This document shows, piece after piece, positions 52,352 to 63,162 of a stretch of 64,000 bases of DNA. Under the pieces are notes generated by a model. That model saw only the letters and a program-made list of their open reading frames with translations. It did no database searches and was not told the DNA's origin. The stretch covers positions 1-64,000 of the forward strand of contig CAXULY010000019.1 in assembly GCA_964252075.1 (NCBI GenBank), read 5' to 3'. Both the position numbers and the translations under genes were made by a program. This DNA is from an uncultured Deinococcaceae bacterium. Its GTDB lineage: Bacteria; Deinococcota; Deinococci; Deinococcales; Deinococcaceae. Position 1 is the first letter of the stretch; the number at the start of each line of letters is the position of its first letter.

Positions 52352-53131
52352 TTATGGGCTGGCAGGCGTCGTGGGCACCCGCACGTCACCCGTGGTGGGG
52401 AGAGCGCCGTGTGTGTGGAAGTGCAGGGCACTGAAATCCAGAGAGACCAGCAGCGGTTCGGGGACCTTGAGGCCCCGACCGTCGTACGCGTAGATGCGCC
52501 GCCGGATGGGCAGCTTCAGGCCCTGCACGTCCTGGTATCCGCTGGGGTAGTTCGCCCCCGTCGCTCCGCCGAGGATGTCGACGGTGTAGTCGTGACGCCG
52601 CATGAGCCCATCCGGTCCGAAGTGCGTGACCTGCGTGCGGGTGTGACTTCGGATGTGATCCGGGAAGGTCACCCGGAGGCGGCGCCACGTCTCTCCCCGC
52701 TCCTGCCAGGGCTCAATTTCCTCCGTCTCGAACCCGGGGTAGGTGTACAGGAAGGGGGAAGTCAAGTACGTCCAGAGCGCCTCACTGGCGAAGTACGCCA
52801 CATGAAACGGGTCCCATGGCGTGTCCTGGGTCTGCCCGACGAACGCCGCTTCCGGCTGGTCCCGCGCCTCCAGCACCCGCCCTTCAGGCGTTTCGAGCGT
52901 GAGCCGTTGCGGCACGAATGCGATGTGGGTGTCCGGCCCGGCGAAGGGCGTGATGGTCAAGCGCTGCGCGTGCGTCTCTAACTTGATGACCTTGTCGTCC
53001 AGCAGGCCCGGTTGCTGCTTGATGTGCCAGATGGCGCCCCCAATGGACACCTGGGCGGTGAGGGTCGTGAAGGCGTTCCAGCGGTCGAGGCCGCCGTGCG
53101 CTTTGAGGGCGAACGCGAGCAACTCATTCAT
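52352..53131 (-). CDS. Conserved-looking hypothetical protein
   Basis: AHGGLDRW, YFASEALWTYLTSPF, WRRLRVTFP, RRHDYTVD. Confidence 0.78.
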   Translation of the reverse strand: MNELLAFALKAHGGLDRWNAFTTLTAQVSIGGAIWHIKQQPGLLDDKVIKLETHAQRLTITPFAGPDTHIAFVPQRLTLETPEGRVLEARDQPEAAFVGQTQDTPWDPFHVAYFASEALWTYLTSPFLYTYPGFETEEIEPWQERGETWRRLRVTFPDHIRSHTRTQVTHFGPDGLMRRHDYTVDILGGATGANYPSGYQDVQGLKLPIRRRIYAYDGRGLKVPEPLLVSLDFSALHFHTHGALPTTGDVRVPTTPASP

Positions 53132-54407
53132 GACGTTCTCCTGAGGGTGGCGAGGCAGGCAGACCACCCGTGGGTAGCGGCCGTGTGGCGGATACCCGCT
53201 CAGCGAGGCGCTCCTGGCGCCATTGGGTGAGTAGGCCGGCGAGGGTGACGGCCGCCGTGACGAGGGCGTACACCGTGACCGTGACGCGCAGGCCGAGCGG
53301 CGCGATGAGCGTCCCGGCGATCAGCACCGGCAGGCCGAAGGCGAGGTACGCGACGACGTACACCGAGGCGAACACCGCGGCGCGCCGATCTGGGGGCACG
53401 AGTGGGCTGAGGGTCCGCAATGCGCCCGAGAACGACCAGCCGAAGCCCGCGCCGCTGAGCACCCCGCCCGCCACGAACCACGGCCATTGCGACGTCCAGA
53501 GGCCCAGCACGACCACCAATGTGCCCGCGAGGAGGGCGGCGCCACCGAAGCGCGTCATGACGCGGCCCGTGAATTGAGCGCCGAGCAGCGCCACCACCAC
53601 CGCCGATCCCGGCTCCAGCGCGACGATCAGACCGACCAGGGCGCCGCCCGTCAGGTGCAGAGGGTCGCGCAGGATGGATGGGCCGAGCCCCAGGAACAAC
53701 CCCGCGACCATCCAGGCGCTGAGGTGCACCGGCACCGCGGCTCGGAATTCGCGCCGCACCGACGTTCCCAGCCGAAGCGCATCCGCCGTGGGTGCCGCGC
53801 CGTGCGGTCCCAGGACCGTCTCGTGGGTGCGAAGCAGGCCGATGAGCACCACGGCGGTAACCGCCCCCAGCGCGGCGTACACCCAGGCGTTCGGGTGAGG
53901 CGCGACCTGCACCGCCACGCCTGTGAGCGCCACGCCGAGTGCCAGACCACCCGCCGGGATCACGCTGGCAAGCACCGCCCCGAGCGCTTTCAGGCGCGGC
54001 GGGGCCAATTCCGCGATGAAGGCGGTGAACGCGCCCGTCGCGGCGCCCGTCGTTACGCCCTGTAGGGCCCGCGCGGCAATGAGGACCGTGATGTTCGGCG
54101 CACCCGCGAACATCGCGGTGACCAGCAGTTGCGTGGCCAGCGCGCCCAGCAGCACCGGGCGCCGCCCCACCCGGTCCGACAAGGCCCCCACCGTGAGCAG
54201 TGCGGCGATGAGGCCGAAGGCGTAGATGGCGAAGGCCAAGGTGAGCAGCCACGGTGCGAAGCGCCAGCTGTGTTGGAAGTTCACCAGGAGCGGGGTGGTG
54301 GCACCCGCCGCCACGAAGAGCGCCGTGAACCCGACGGCGGCGTTCACGAACGCCGGAAGCGGAGGCAGCCGCCGGGGGGCCTGCGCGGTGGGCTTGGGGA
54401 GCGTCAC
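53124..54407 (-). CDS. MFS transporter
   Basis: About 12 hydrophobic helices; GALSDRVGRRPVL motif A. Confidence 0.9.
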   Translation of the reverse strand: MTLPKPTAQAPRRLPPLPAFVNAAVGFTALFVAAGATTPLLVNFQHSWRFAPWLLTLAFAIYAFGLIAALLTVGALSDRVGRRPVLLGALATQLLVTAMFAGAPNITVLIAARALQGVTTGAATGAFTAFIAELAPPRLKALGAVLASVIPAGGLALGVALTGVAVQVAPHPNAWVYAALGAVTAVVLIGLLRTHETVLGPHGAAPTADALRLGTSVRREFRAAVPVHLSAWMVAGLFLGLGPSILRDPLHLTGGALVGLIVALEPGSAVVVALLGAQFTGRVMTRFGGAALLAGTLVVVLGLWTSQWPWFVAGGVLSGAGFGWSFSGALRTLSPLVPPDRRAAVFASVYVVAYLAFGLPVLIAGTLIAPLGLRVTVTVYALVTAAVTLAGLLTQWRQERLAERVSATRPLPTGGLPASPPSGERHE

Positions 54408-54456
54408 GTCGTCCCTCCTGCTTCATCCGGCGTGCGCCCGCCGGCGGAATGGCGTG

Positions 54457-55203
54457 TCAGTGGGCCTGTGCGGCGGTCTCGATGACGCGTGCGACCGCGG
54501 CGGGCTGCGAGATGTACACCACGTGGCTGGCCTTGATTTCTGTCGTGATGGACTTCGAACGCTGGTACATGAAGCGCTCGAGGTTCGGGTTGATGGAATG
54601 GTCGTCCGTCGCGACAACGGCGTAGCTGGGCTTGGTGCGCCAGGCGGGTGACGTGACGTTGGTGGTGGCCGCCTTCACGGCGAGACCCACCTGCGAGCGC
54701 GCCATCAGGTCGCTCACCGCGTCAGGAAGGTCCGCGGCGAAGTCCGCGTGGAAGGTGCCGGGGTCGATGTAGAGGAAGCCGTCCGGGGTGGGTGCGGCGC
54801 CTTTCGCGGCAGGCGGCATGCTGGCGTTCAGCGCGCCGAGGCTTTCGCCTTCGTCCGGCTGGAAGGCCGCAACATACACCAGGGCCTGCACGTGCGCGTT
54901 GTTGCCGGCCTCGGTGATGATCACGCCGCCGTAACTGTGTCCGACCAGGATGGCGGGGCCGTCCTGGCGGTCCAGGATGCGGTTCGTCGCGGCGACGTCG
55001 TCTTCGAGGGACGTTTCGGGAGGCTGCACGATGCTGACGGTGTAGCCGTCGTTGAGCAAGATAACGGCGACGGCGTTCCAGCCGGAACCATCGGCAAACG
55101 CGCCGTGCACCAGCACAATGTTCTTGACGGCGCCGGCTGGTGCGGCGAGGGCGGGGGTCATCAGGGCACTCAGGGCGAGGGCGGTCCGGGCGATTCGGTG
55201 CAT
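54457..55203 (-). CDS. Secreted alpha/beta hydrolase
   Basis: Signal peptide; LVHGAFADGSGW, GHSYGG, ASH. Confidence 0.9.
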   Translation of the reverse strand: MHRIARTALALSALMTPALAAPAGAVKNIVLVHGAFADGSGWNAVAVILLNDGYTVSIVQPPETSLEDDVAATNRILDRQDGPAILVGHSYGGVIITEAGNNAHVQALVYVAAFQPDEGESLGALNASMPPAAKGAAPTPDGFLYIDPGTFHADFAADLPDAVSDLMARSQVGLAVKAATTNVTSPAWRTKPSYAVVATDDHSINPNLERFMYQRSKSITTEIKASHVVYISQPAAVARVIETAAQAH

Positions 55204-55262
55204 GGCGGGTCTCCTTCACGAACGTGGAACAAGGGCGGTGGGCGTGGCGAAGCCAGGAAGGG

Positions 55263-55997
55263 TCAGGCGTGCGCGGTGTTGCCGATGACCTCCAGCGCCT
55301 TGAGGATGAACACCGTGACCGTCTCGGGCTGGCTGAGCGCCACGGCGTGAGACGCGTCCACCTCGGTGGTGGTGGCGTTCATGCGGCGGGCCGCGTCGCG
55401 CTGAGAGTCCGGGTGGATCGCGTGGTCCTGCGTGGTGATTAGAAACCAGCTGGGCCGCGTGCGCCAGACGGGCTCCACCGTGAGTGGTTCGTCGAAGGTG
55501 GCGGCCGCGAGCGGCCGCTGACTCGCGGCGAGCACCGCCGCGCGCTCTGCTGGCAGGTCACCGGCGAACACGTCCGCGAAGAGCGCCCGTTGAATGGAAA
55601 CCTCTGGCGCGCTGCCGTCTCCGGTGGGGTACGCGCGCACCTCGGTGGAGGTCGCCAGCAAGGGGGGCGGGAAGGCGCTGGTGGCCTGGTTGATGGTCTG
55701 CCCCTGATCGAGCCCGAAGGCGCCGACGTACACCACGCCCCGCACGTTGTCCGCGCGGGCCCCGGCGTGGGTGATGACCGGGCCGCCGTAGGAATGACCG
55801 ACCAGCAGCACCGGCCCTTCAATCTGGCGGGCGACGCTGGCGACGTACTCGCCGTCCGACGCGATCTGCCGCAAGGGGTTCGGCACCGCCAGGACTGAGA
55901 CGCCCGCCTGCTGGAGGCGCTCGGTGACGCTCGACCAGCTGGACGCGTCAGCGAACGCTCCATGAACGAGGACGACCGTGGGAGAGTCTGGATTCAT
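55263..55997 (-). CDS. Cytoplasmic alpha/beta hydrolase
   Basis: LVHGAFADASSW, GHSYGG, DASH; AGGAGG RBS. Confidence 0.9.
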   Translation of the reverse strand: MNPDSPTVVLVHGAFADASSWSSVTERLQQAGVSVLAVPNPLRQIASDGEYVASVARQIEGPVLLVGHSYGGPVITHAGARADNVRGVVYVGAFGLDQGQTINQATSAFPPPLLATSTEVRAYPTGDGSAPEVSIQRALFADVFAGDLPAERAAVLAASQRPLAAATFDEPLTVEPVWRTRPSWFLITTQDHAIHPDSQRDAARRMNATTTEVDASHAVALSQPETVTVFILKALEVIGNTAHA

Positions 55998-56126
55998 GCG
56001 CTCCTCCTGCTGATGCGGTCCAGGCGGGTTGAAGCTCACTCTGGCGCGCATCACGGAGCATGCTGCGATGCGCGCCGTGTCACGGGCGTTTCCTCATCCC
56101 GAACGGCGGTGAAACGCCCATGAAGA

Positions 56127-58850
56127 ATGGGTGTACCGTTGAGGGTGTACCTTCGGACACTCGGGGCCCTGGAGTTGCAGGGCGCGACCTACCCGCGCCC
56201 CAAATCCCTGCTGCTGCTGAGTTACCTCGCCGTGGAGGGCGGGCGGGACCGCCGTCACCTGAGCGAGCTGTTCTTTGGGCAGGCGAGGGACGCGCTGGGC
56301 AGCCTGCGCATCACCCTCAGTCGGCTGCGTACCTCCGTCCCGGGCGCTTTCGAGGAAGGTGAGGAGGGCCTCAAAGCGACTTTGGAGTGCGACGCGCGCG
56401 CGCTGCTCAAGCACCTGGATGCGGGGGAGCTGGAGCTGGGTGTGCAGGCGTACAGCGGCGCCTTCCTGCCGGGCCTGCGCGTGCCGGACTGGGGGGTGGA
56501 GCTGGAGGAATGGGTGTACGCGACGCGCGAGTACCTCGCGGGGCGCGTGCGGGCGGCGCTGCTGACGCTCGGCGAGCGTCGCGCCGGGCAGGGTGACTTC
56601 CTGAGTGGCGCGGCGCTCGCCGAGCGCGCCCTGACGCTGGCCGGAGCGCCCGAGCCTGAAGTTGAGCAGATCCGCCGGATGGATGCGCTGCTGAGCGCCG
56701 CGGACAGTCCACACCTGGCGCTCCTCAGGCAGCGCGCCCAGTCGGCCGGCGTCACGTTGCTCGGCAGCGGCGCTGAAGCGCGCCGCGCGTTGGGGCGCAC
56801 GCCCGCGTTCTCCGCGAACGTCGGCCCGCGCGGCCTGCCCACGCGCGCCACGTCGTTCGTGGGGCGGCGCGTGGAGCAGGCGGAGGTGCTGCGCGCGCTG
56901 GACCGACCGGAGGTGCGGCTCCTGACGCTGGTTGGTCCGGGCGGCATCGGTAAGACCCGCCTCGCCCTGGAGGTGGCGCGGCGGGCGAGCCACCGAGGCG
57001 CGGCGGCGTTCGTATCGCTCGAGGCGGCCGCGTCCGTCCTGACGCTGCCCGACTCCTTCGCCTGCGCCCTCGGCCTGACCCTCGCGGCGAACGTCCCGCC
57101 CCTCGAGGCGCTCATTGATGTCCTCAAGGACACGCGGCTGCTTCTTGTGCTGGACAGCGTGGAGCACCTCCTCAAGGGCGTGCCGTACCTCTCGCGGCTG
57201 CTGCAGGCGTGCCCTGGGGTGACCGTCCTCGTCACCTCACGGGAGCGGCTGGGGCTGCAAGAGGAGTTCCTCCTGACACTCGGCGGCCTCACGGTGCCCG
57301 CGAGCGGTGAAGGCCTCGACGACGCGCGGCGCGCCGAGGCGGTGGAGCTGTTCGTGCGCCGCGCGCAGCGGGCCCGCCTGGACTTCGATCTGAGCCTCGA
57401 AAACCTGGCGGCGGTGCGGGAGGTGTGCCTGCTGGTGGGCGGCTCCCCGCTGGGCGTCGAACTGGCCGCCGCGTGGGTTCGGATGATGCCGGTGGAGGAC
57501 ATCGCCGAAGAGGTCCGCCGCACGCTGGATGTGCTGCAGACCAGCGATGAGGACGTCTCGACGCGTCACCACAGCGTACGCGCGGTTTTCGAGCAAACGT
57601 GGGAACGCCTCACCGCCGAGGAGCGATCGGTGATGGTTCACCTGTCGGTCTTCCGGGGAGGCTTCACGCGCGAAGCGGCGGGCGCGGTTTCCGGGGCCAC
57701 GCTGCCCGCGCTGGCGAACCTGGTGGACAAATCCCTGGTGCGCGTCGCGGAACACGGGCGGTACGATCTGCACGTGCTGCTTCAGCAGTTCATCCGGGAG
57801 GTGCTCGCGCGGGACCCGCAGGAGCAGGCGCGCGCCGAGGCGGCGCACCGCGCGTGCATGCTGCGCTTCGTGGAGGAAGCGGGGAATGCGATCCGGCGCC
57901 TGCACGATGAAAAACGCTGGCAGGACCGCATCAACCGGGACATCGAGAATGTGCGTTCGGCACTGGAAGGGTGGCTGGCCGACGGGCAGGTGCGGGAGGC
58001 GCTGCGGTGCGTGGAGGCCCTGCGCAACTTCTGGCCGCGCACCGGTCGGATGCGCGAGGCGCGCCGCTGGTTGCGGCGGGTGCTGGATGCCGAGGCGGTG
58101 CCGCCGCAGATCCTGCGGCTGTCCCTCGCGCTTGACGGCGAAATGGCGTTCTACCTCCACCAGTACGATGAGGCGCGGCAGCAGCTGGAGGCTGCGGTGG
58201 CGATCGCCGAGCAGCTGGGGCTGCCCAGCGCCCTGCAGTGGCTGCACCTCGGCTCGACCGCGCAACGGGTAGGCAACATGGAGGCCGCCCAGCGCCATTT
58301 TGAGCGGGCACTCACGGAGTTCCAGAACCAAGGCAACGTCGGGGGGGTCGCTGCGGCCCTAAACAACCTCGGGGTGGTCCTCACGGCCGCCGGGGCGTAC
58401 CCAAACGCCCTCTTGCGCTTCGAGGAGGCGCTGGCGGCCAAGCGTGCGCTGGGCGGGGATGTGGACTCCGTCCTCATGTACCTGGGTCAGCTGTTCGTGC
58501 GGATGGGCCGGTACGACGACGCCCGGGACCACTTCTTCCAGGCCCTCCGCGGCCTGATGGAGCGGGGCTTCCACCATTACGTCCCGGATGTGCTCGAGGG
58601 GCTGGGAACGGTCGCGTCCGCTCAGGAACGTCCGCATGAAGCCGGCGTGTTGTGGGGCGCGGCGCAGCGGCAGCGCGAGGATCTTGACGTGCAGCGGTCG
58701 CTGGAGGAACGCGAACGGTTCGAGCAGTTGATCAGTCCGGTGCGAATGCAGCTGGGGGTGGCGGCCTTCGAGGCCGCCTGGACTGAGGGCCACGCGTGGA
58801 ATGCGCAGCGACTGACGGCATATGCTCAGCGCCCCCATCACATCCAGTGA
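56127..58850 (+). CDS. BTAD/SARP-like regulator with NB-ARC (STAND) ATPase and TPR repeats
   Basis: LRTLGAL..LLSYLAVEG, TSFVGR, GPGGIGKTRLA, LVLDSVEH, VTSRERL, GSPLGVEL, LNNLG TPRs. Confidence 0.88.
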   Translation: MGVPLRVYLRTLGALELQGATYPRPKSLLLLSYLAVEGGRDRRHLSELFFGQARDALGSLRITLSRLRTSVPGAFEEGEEGLKATLECDARALLKHLDAGELELGVQAYSGAFLPGLRVPDWGVELEEWVYATREYLAGRVRAALLTLGERRAGQGDFLSGAALAERALTLAGAPEPEVEQIRRMDALLSAADSPHLALLRQRAQSAGVTLLGSGAEARRALGRTPAFSANVGPRGLPTRATSFVGRRVEQAEVLRALDRPEVRLLTLVGPGGIGKTRLALEVARRASHRGAAAFVSLEAAASVLTLPDSFACALGLTLAANVPPLEALIDVLKDTRLLLVLDSVEHLLKGVPYLSRLLQACPGVTVLVTSRERLGLQEEFLLTLGGLTVPASGEGLDDARRAEAVELFVRRAQRARLDFDLSLENLAAVREVCLLVGGSPLGVELAAAWVRMMPVEDIAEEVRRTLDVLQTSDEDVSTRHHSVRAVFEQTWERLTAEERSVMVHLSVFRGGFTREAAGAVSGATLPALANLVDKSLVRVAEHGRYDLHVLLQQFIREVLARDPQEQARAEAAHRACMLRFVEEAGNAIRRLHDEKRWQDRINRDIENVRSALEGWLADGQVREALRCVEALRNFWPRTGRMREARRWLRRVLDAEAVPPQILRLSLALDGEMAFYLHQYDEARQQLEAAVAIAEQLGLPSALQWLHLGSTAQRVGNMEAAQRHFERALTEFQNQGNVGGVAAALNNLGVVLTAAGAYPNALLRFEEALAAKRALGGDVDSVLMYLGQLFVRMGRYDDARDHFFQALRGLMERGFHHYVPDVLEGLGTVASAQERPHEAGVLWGAAQRQREDLDVQRSLEERERFEQLISPVRMQLGVAAFEAAWTEGHAWNAQRLTAYAQRPHHIQ

Positions 58851-59198
58851 GGGCAGCGGGGCTCGCTTCAATTCGCGCTGTCACCCCGATTCTGCGTGTG
58901 CAATGGTGGCGTACGCGGAGGTCTGGCAGCAACACCTGCCGCGCCTCCGTTCGCATCGTGAGCAAGGGCTCAGTGCGGCGTGCCTGCAGCGGTCCGCGGC
59001 TTCGGGGGACACCCACCCTGCCCTGGTCAACGCGACGGTGACTGCAGCGGTCATCCTGGTCGTCGGCCTCAAATCCCCTCCTCTTCAGCAGGCTCAGCGC
59101 TGAGGGAGTTGTCCCGTGATGATGGTCGGGCAATCCGAGCAAATGTGTCGGGTGCGCCCTTCGACCCGCACCGTGCGCTCCGACCACACCCGTCCCAT

Positions 59199-59696
59199 TC
59201 AGAGCTTCTGGCGGCCCACCGCGCGCCGGGCGCGGTCCTGCAGGTCCCGCCACTGCTTCTCGGCGTCCACCGTGTCCTCCCGGTCCTCGTTCGCGTCCTG
59301 CTGGTCATGCCAGCCGGGCGGTGCGGCATGCTCGGGCAGCTCCCACGCCGGCACGTCCCCCAGCCCAAGGCTGCGTCGGATGGCCTCCAGCGCGCGGGGC
59401 AGGCCGGGGTACTTCTCGTCGATCACCTGGCGGAGCTTCAGGCGCACGGCCTCCTCGTGGTCGAGGAGCGTCGCGTCCTGCGGGGATTCCCGTCGGCGGT
59501 AGATCAGGAAGGCGGGGTCCTGCGCTCGGCGTCCAGACTGGCGGCCCTCGCCCTTCTCCAGTACGTCGAACACCCACCGCTCGACGTCCCGCCAGCCCGC
59601 CTCCCCGACGTCCACGCCGCTGGACCGCTCCAACTGCTCGCGGTTCGCGACCTGCAGGTTGATGCCATCCGGCGCCCACACCAGCACGAGGCGCAC
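59199..59696 (-). CDS. Hypothetical protein
   Basis: 165 aa; high GC3; AGGAGG upstream. Confidence 0.55.
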   Translation of the reverse strand: MRLVLVWAPDGINLQVANREQLERSSGVDVGEAGWRDVERWVFDVLEKGEGRQSGRRAQDPAFLIYRRRESPQDATLLDHEEAVRLKLRQVIDEKYPGLPRALEAIRRSLGLGDVPAWELPEHAAPPGWHDQQDANEDREDTVDAEKQWRDLQDRARRAVGRQKL

Positions 59697-59883
59697 GTCC
59701 TCCTGCTGGAAGGACGGCAGCTCGTCACTGCCCTCGGGCCGCTCGCGCCACGTCCTCCGGACGCTGAGGAGGTCCCCTTGACCTTAGCGGAACGCGACTG
59801 TCGCACGCCACACCGCTGAGGCCCCTCATGGCATGCACGTTGTGACGCGCATGTGACGCTCGAGCCCGCACACTGGGTCACCC

Positions 59884-60549
59884 ATGCGAACCCGCCTCCG
59901 CACGGCCCTGGCCCTCGTCACCCTCACCGCCCTCGCCTCCGCGGCGCTCGCCGCCAAGACCACCGTAAGCATCGCCGGACAGACCGTCACGGTGGACAGC
60001 ACCGTCGTCAAAGGCCGCACGTACATCGACCTCAAGCAACTGCAGGACGCCCTCAAGGCGGCCGGCGGCGCCAACCAGGGCGCCAGCGTCACAGGCTGCC
60101 TGAACGAAGCCCTGTTCAACGGCATCTGGCGCCTGCGCGTCACGAAGGTCGAGGCCGCCCCCAACCCTGACCGGGGGAACCTGCCCGCGTACCACCTGAC
60201 GATGCAGCTGACCAACGGGACGGCCAAGACGCTCGATCCAGACTCCACCGGCATCCAGACGGGCAACGCCTACAACGTGTTCTTTGCAGATGGCAACAGC
60301 ATCGCCGCCCCGGTGAGCACCAGCGTGCGGTTCCAGGACAAGACCTGGGCCAAGCTGCCGCAGGGCGCCGGCGAGAACCTGGAGTTCTGGTTCACGCCGG
60401 ACGATGGTCGGACGCTGGATCAGCTGAAGACGGGCATGCCGCAGAAGTTCCTGTTCGAGGTCAAGCCGGACGAGCTGGACAAGGACCTGAAGGTGGGCTA
60501 CACGGTCAAGGACCCCAGCTTCCGCGTCAACCTCACCTGCACCAAGTAA
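59884..60549 (+). CDS. Secreted hypothetical protein
   Basis: Signal peptide ending ALA; high GC3. Confidence 0.8.
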   Translation: MRTRLRTALALVTLTALASAALAAKTTVSIAGQTVTVDSTVVKGRTYIDLKQLQDALKAAGGANQGASVTGCLNEALFNGIWRLRVTKVEAAPNPDRGNLPAYHLTMQLTNGTAKTLDPDSTGIQTGNAYNVFFADGNSIAAPVSTSVRFQDKTWAKLPQGAGENLEFWFTPDDGRTLDQLKTGMPQKFLFEVKPDELDKDLKVGYTVKDPSFRVNLTCTK

Positions 60550-60615
60550 AGCGGATGGGGACGCAGGTCGAAACGCCCCACGCTCTCCCCCGAGTGGTCC
60601 CCCTCCTGGATACCC

Positions 60616-61276
60616 ATGAACAAGACCGTGCCGCTCATTGCGGCCGTGCTGGTGCTAACTGCCTGCCCGGCCGCCGTGCCCACCACACCGCCCGCACCCC
60701 CCGCCGGCCGCGACGGTACACCTGCGGCTCTCCGGAACGCCCGGTCCGCCCAGCTGGACACTCGGCGCGGCCCATGTGGAGGTGCGGCGCTCCAGCGGGC
60801 AGCTCGGCCAGCCCGGCGCGCCCATCGCCGAGGGCGACAGTGACGCGCTGGGCGCGGTCACCCTCACGCTGCCCGCCGCCGCCGATGCGGCGCTCGTGGA
60901 CGCGACGCGCACGCCGGATGACGTCGCGCACCTCTCCCCGGAGCTGAGTGGTCCGTGCGCCGTCACGCCCAGCAGCAGCGACGCCACCGCGCGCATCGTG
61001 ATCGGGTCCGAGTACCGCTTCAGCACCAGCGAAGGGGGCGGCTCGGCCGCCGCGTACCGCCTGACGAACAGCATGGAAAAGGGCGTGGAGCTGGACCTGC
61101 TGGTGTTTTCGACCAGGGCCACCACCGTCACGGGGCCCTTGACGTGCGGGAGCTTCTCGAAGTCCGTGGATGACGGGTTGAGTGCGGGCTGGAACCTGAG
61201 GCGCGTCACGGCCGCCAGAGGCACCTCTTCGATCTCCGCCCTTCCGCTGGACACGGTCATTCAGGTCACCCGCTGA
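60616..61276 (+). pseudogene. Lipoprotein split by a frameshift
   Basis: Lipobox LTAC in the 60616 frame; the body continues in the +1 frame (60776 ORF); shift near the C-run at about 60690-60720. Confidence 0.65.
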
Positions 61277-61413
61277 CGGGCCGGTCACTGGACCCGCCTA
61301 GTCGGACGGCGTCGCCCTCCGCGGGCCCTGAACGCATCGCGGGTTGCCGCCCGCGGGACGTCCTGGGTGGTGCACCCGTCACCCGCCCAGGACGGGCGGG
61401 TGCTTGATCGGGC

Positions 61414-63147
61414 ATGATCACCGTCCCGCACGTCCGCACTGCGAGGCCCTGGCATCAGCAGCTCGTCATGAAGCGGTGGGTGGAAGACCTGTTCCGCCTC
61501 GCAAGCCGCAAGCGCAGCTACACCGTGCTGATGCACGACAGCAGCGATCTCGCGTGGGTGCATCCGGGAAAGCGCCTGGCGTTCATCACCACCAGCCTGC
61601 CCGGCGTACCCCTGGGGGTGCGCTGTGATCCCTTGCACGAGGACCTGCGGCGCGCGGCGCTGCTGCGCGCCCTGGCGGTGCACGAGGCGGGGCACGTGCG
61701 GCACAGCGGCCCGAAGCCCGAGGCGCTGGCGCTGGGGTGGGTGTGGAACGCGCTGGAGGACGAGCGCATGGAGCGCCTCATGGCCCGCGAGTTCCCCGAG
61801 GTGGACGCCGCCTTCACTTTGATGGGGGACGTCGTCGCCGAGGAGCAGCGGCCCGGGTGGGACGGGTCGGTGCTGGAGGGGTGCCTGTTCTGGCGCTTCA
61901 CGCACGACCGGCCCGAAGCGGAGCGGTGGCGGCCCGCACCGGAGCACGCCGAGGTGTGGATGGATGTGCGCCCACTGGTGGAGGCCTCTTGGGCCGCGCG
62001 GAATTCCGAGGAAGTGCGGTGGATCGCCCGAATGATCCTGGCGCTGGTGAACGCTGAGCAGTCCGAGGCGAAGTCCACGCCGCAGGAGCCGCCCACCGCG
62101 GGCGAAGGCCAGGACAGGAACGGTCCGGGCGGCACCCAGGATCAGGACGGCGCCGATCGCCCAGACCCGGACACCCAGAAGGGCACCCACCAGGTCCAGG
62201 CAGGGGAGGGGGGTGAGGCGCAGGATCCGCAGGATGAGGCGTCCACGGACGCACCCGGCGATCAGGACGGGGCGCTGAACGCGCGCGAAGCGCAGGTCAT
62301 CGAGCGGTACGCCGACCTCACCTCCGCCAGCGGCGCCGGGCAGGAAGCGGGCGACGAGGACGGGGCCGGCTCTGGGTGCAGCGCGCCGGGCGAAACCACC
62401 CCCACGGTCCTGCCCGCCCCACCCAGCGTGGACCACGCGGGCGGGGCGCGGCTCGCGCGGGGCGTGGAGCGCTTCGCGCGGGACCTCGCGCCGCTCATCC
62501 GCCCGCCCGGCAAACCCGCACGGACCCACGCGCACAACACACGCGGCCGTTACCGCTTCGATCGGGAGGTGCGTGGCAGTGAGCGGGTCTTCGATCAGCG
62601 CCTTGGCGCGAGCCGCCCGCAGGCCTTCACGCTGGACGTGCTGGTCGACGTGAGCTCCAGCATGCGCGGCGCCCGCCTGGACGCGGCGCGGGCGGGCGCG
62701 CTGATGGTGCTGCGGGCGGCGTCGTTGGTGCAGGGCGTGGTGCGCGTCACCAGCTTCCACACCCTGCCGCAGGAGGTCGTGCCGGCGGGCATGCCGTACG
62801 AGGCGGCCGCCGCGCGCCTCGCGGAACTCACCGCGCTCGGCTCCACGTGCCTCAACCCGGCGCTGCGGCAGGTGCTGCTCCGTCCGCTGGGGCGGGCGGG
62901 GGACGTGCACGTGGTCGTGATCGTCTGCGACGGAGAGTTGACCGACGAGGACCACGCGGCGTGCCGCTCGCTGGTGGAGGTGGGCCGCGCGGGCCAGAAG
63001 CGATTCGTCCCCCTCCTGATCGGCGAGGGCGCGGACGACGCGGACGGCTGGCGCGCGACCTTCGGGTCGGCGGTGCCGTGCCGGGACGTGGCGACCCTCG
63101 CGCGGCAACTCAAGGCGGTCCTCACCGCCATGCGCGCGCGCGGGTGA
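61414..63147 (+). CDS. HExxH metallopeptidase-like + VWA domain protein (CobT-like architecture)
   Basis: AVHEAGHVRHS, NALEDERME, acidic linker, MIDAS DVSSSM...GSTC...VCDG. Confidence 0.85.
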   Translation: MITVPHVRTARPWHQQLVMKRWVEDLFRLASRKRSYTVLMHDSSDLAWVHPGKRLAFITTSLPGVPLGVRCDPLHEDLRRAALLRALAVHEAGHVRHSGPKPEALALGWVWNALEDERMERLMAREFPEVDAAFTLMGDVVAEEQRPGWDGSVLEGCLFWRFTHDRPEAERWRPAPEHAEVWMDVRPLVEASWAARNSEEVRWIARMILALVNAEQSEAKSTPQEPPTAGEGQDRNGPGGTQDQDGADRPDPDTQKGTHQVQAGEGGEAQDPQDEASTDAPGDQDGALNAREAQVIERYADLTSASGAGQEAGDEDGAGSGCSAPGETTPTVLPAPPSVDHAGGARLARGVERFARDLAPLIRPPGKPARTHAHNTRGRYRFDREVRGSERVFDQRLGASRPQAFTLDVLVDVSSSMRGARLDAARAGALMVLRAASLVQGVVRVTSFHTLPQEVVPAGMPYEAAAARLAELTALGSTCLNPALRQVLLRPLGRAGDVHVVVIVCDGELTDEDHAACRSLVEVGRAGQKRFVPLLIGEGADDADGWRATFGSAVPCRDVATLARQLKAVLTAMRARG

Positions 63148-63162
63148 AGGGAGCTTGCGTTC

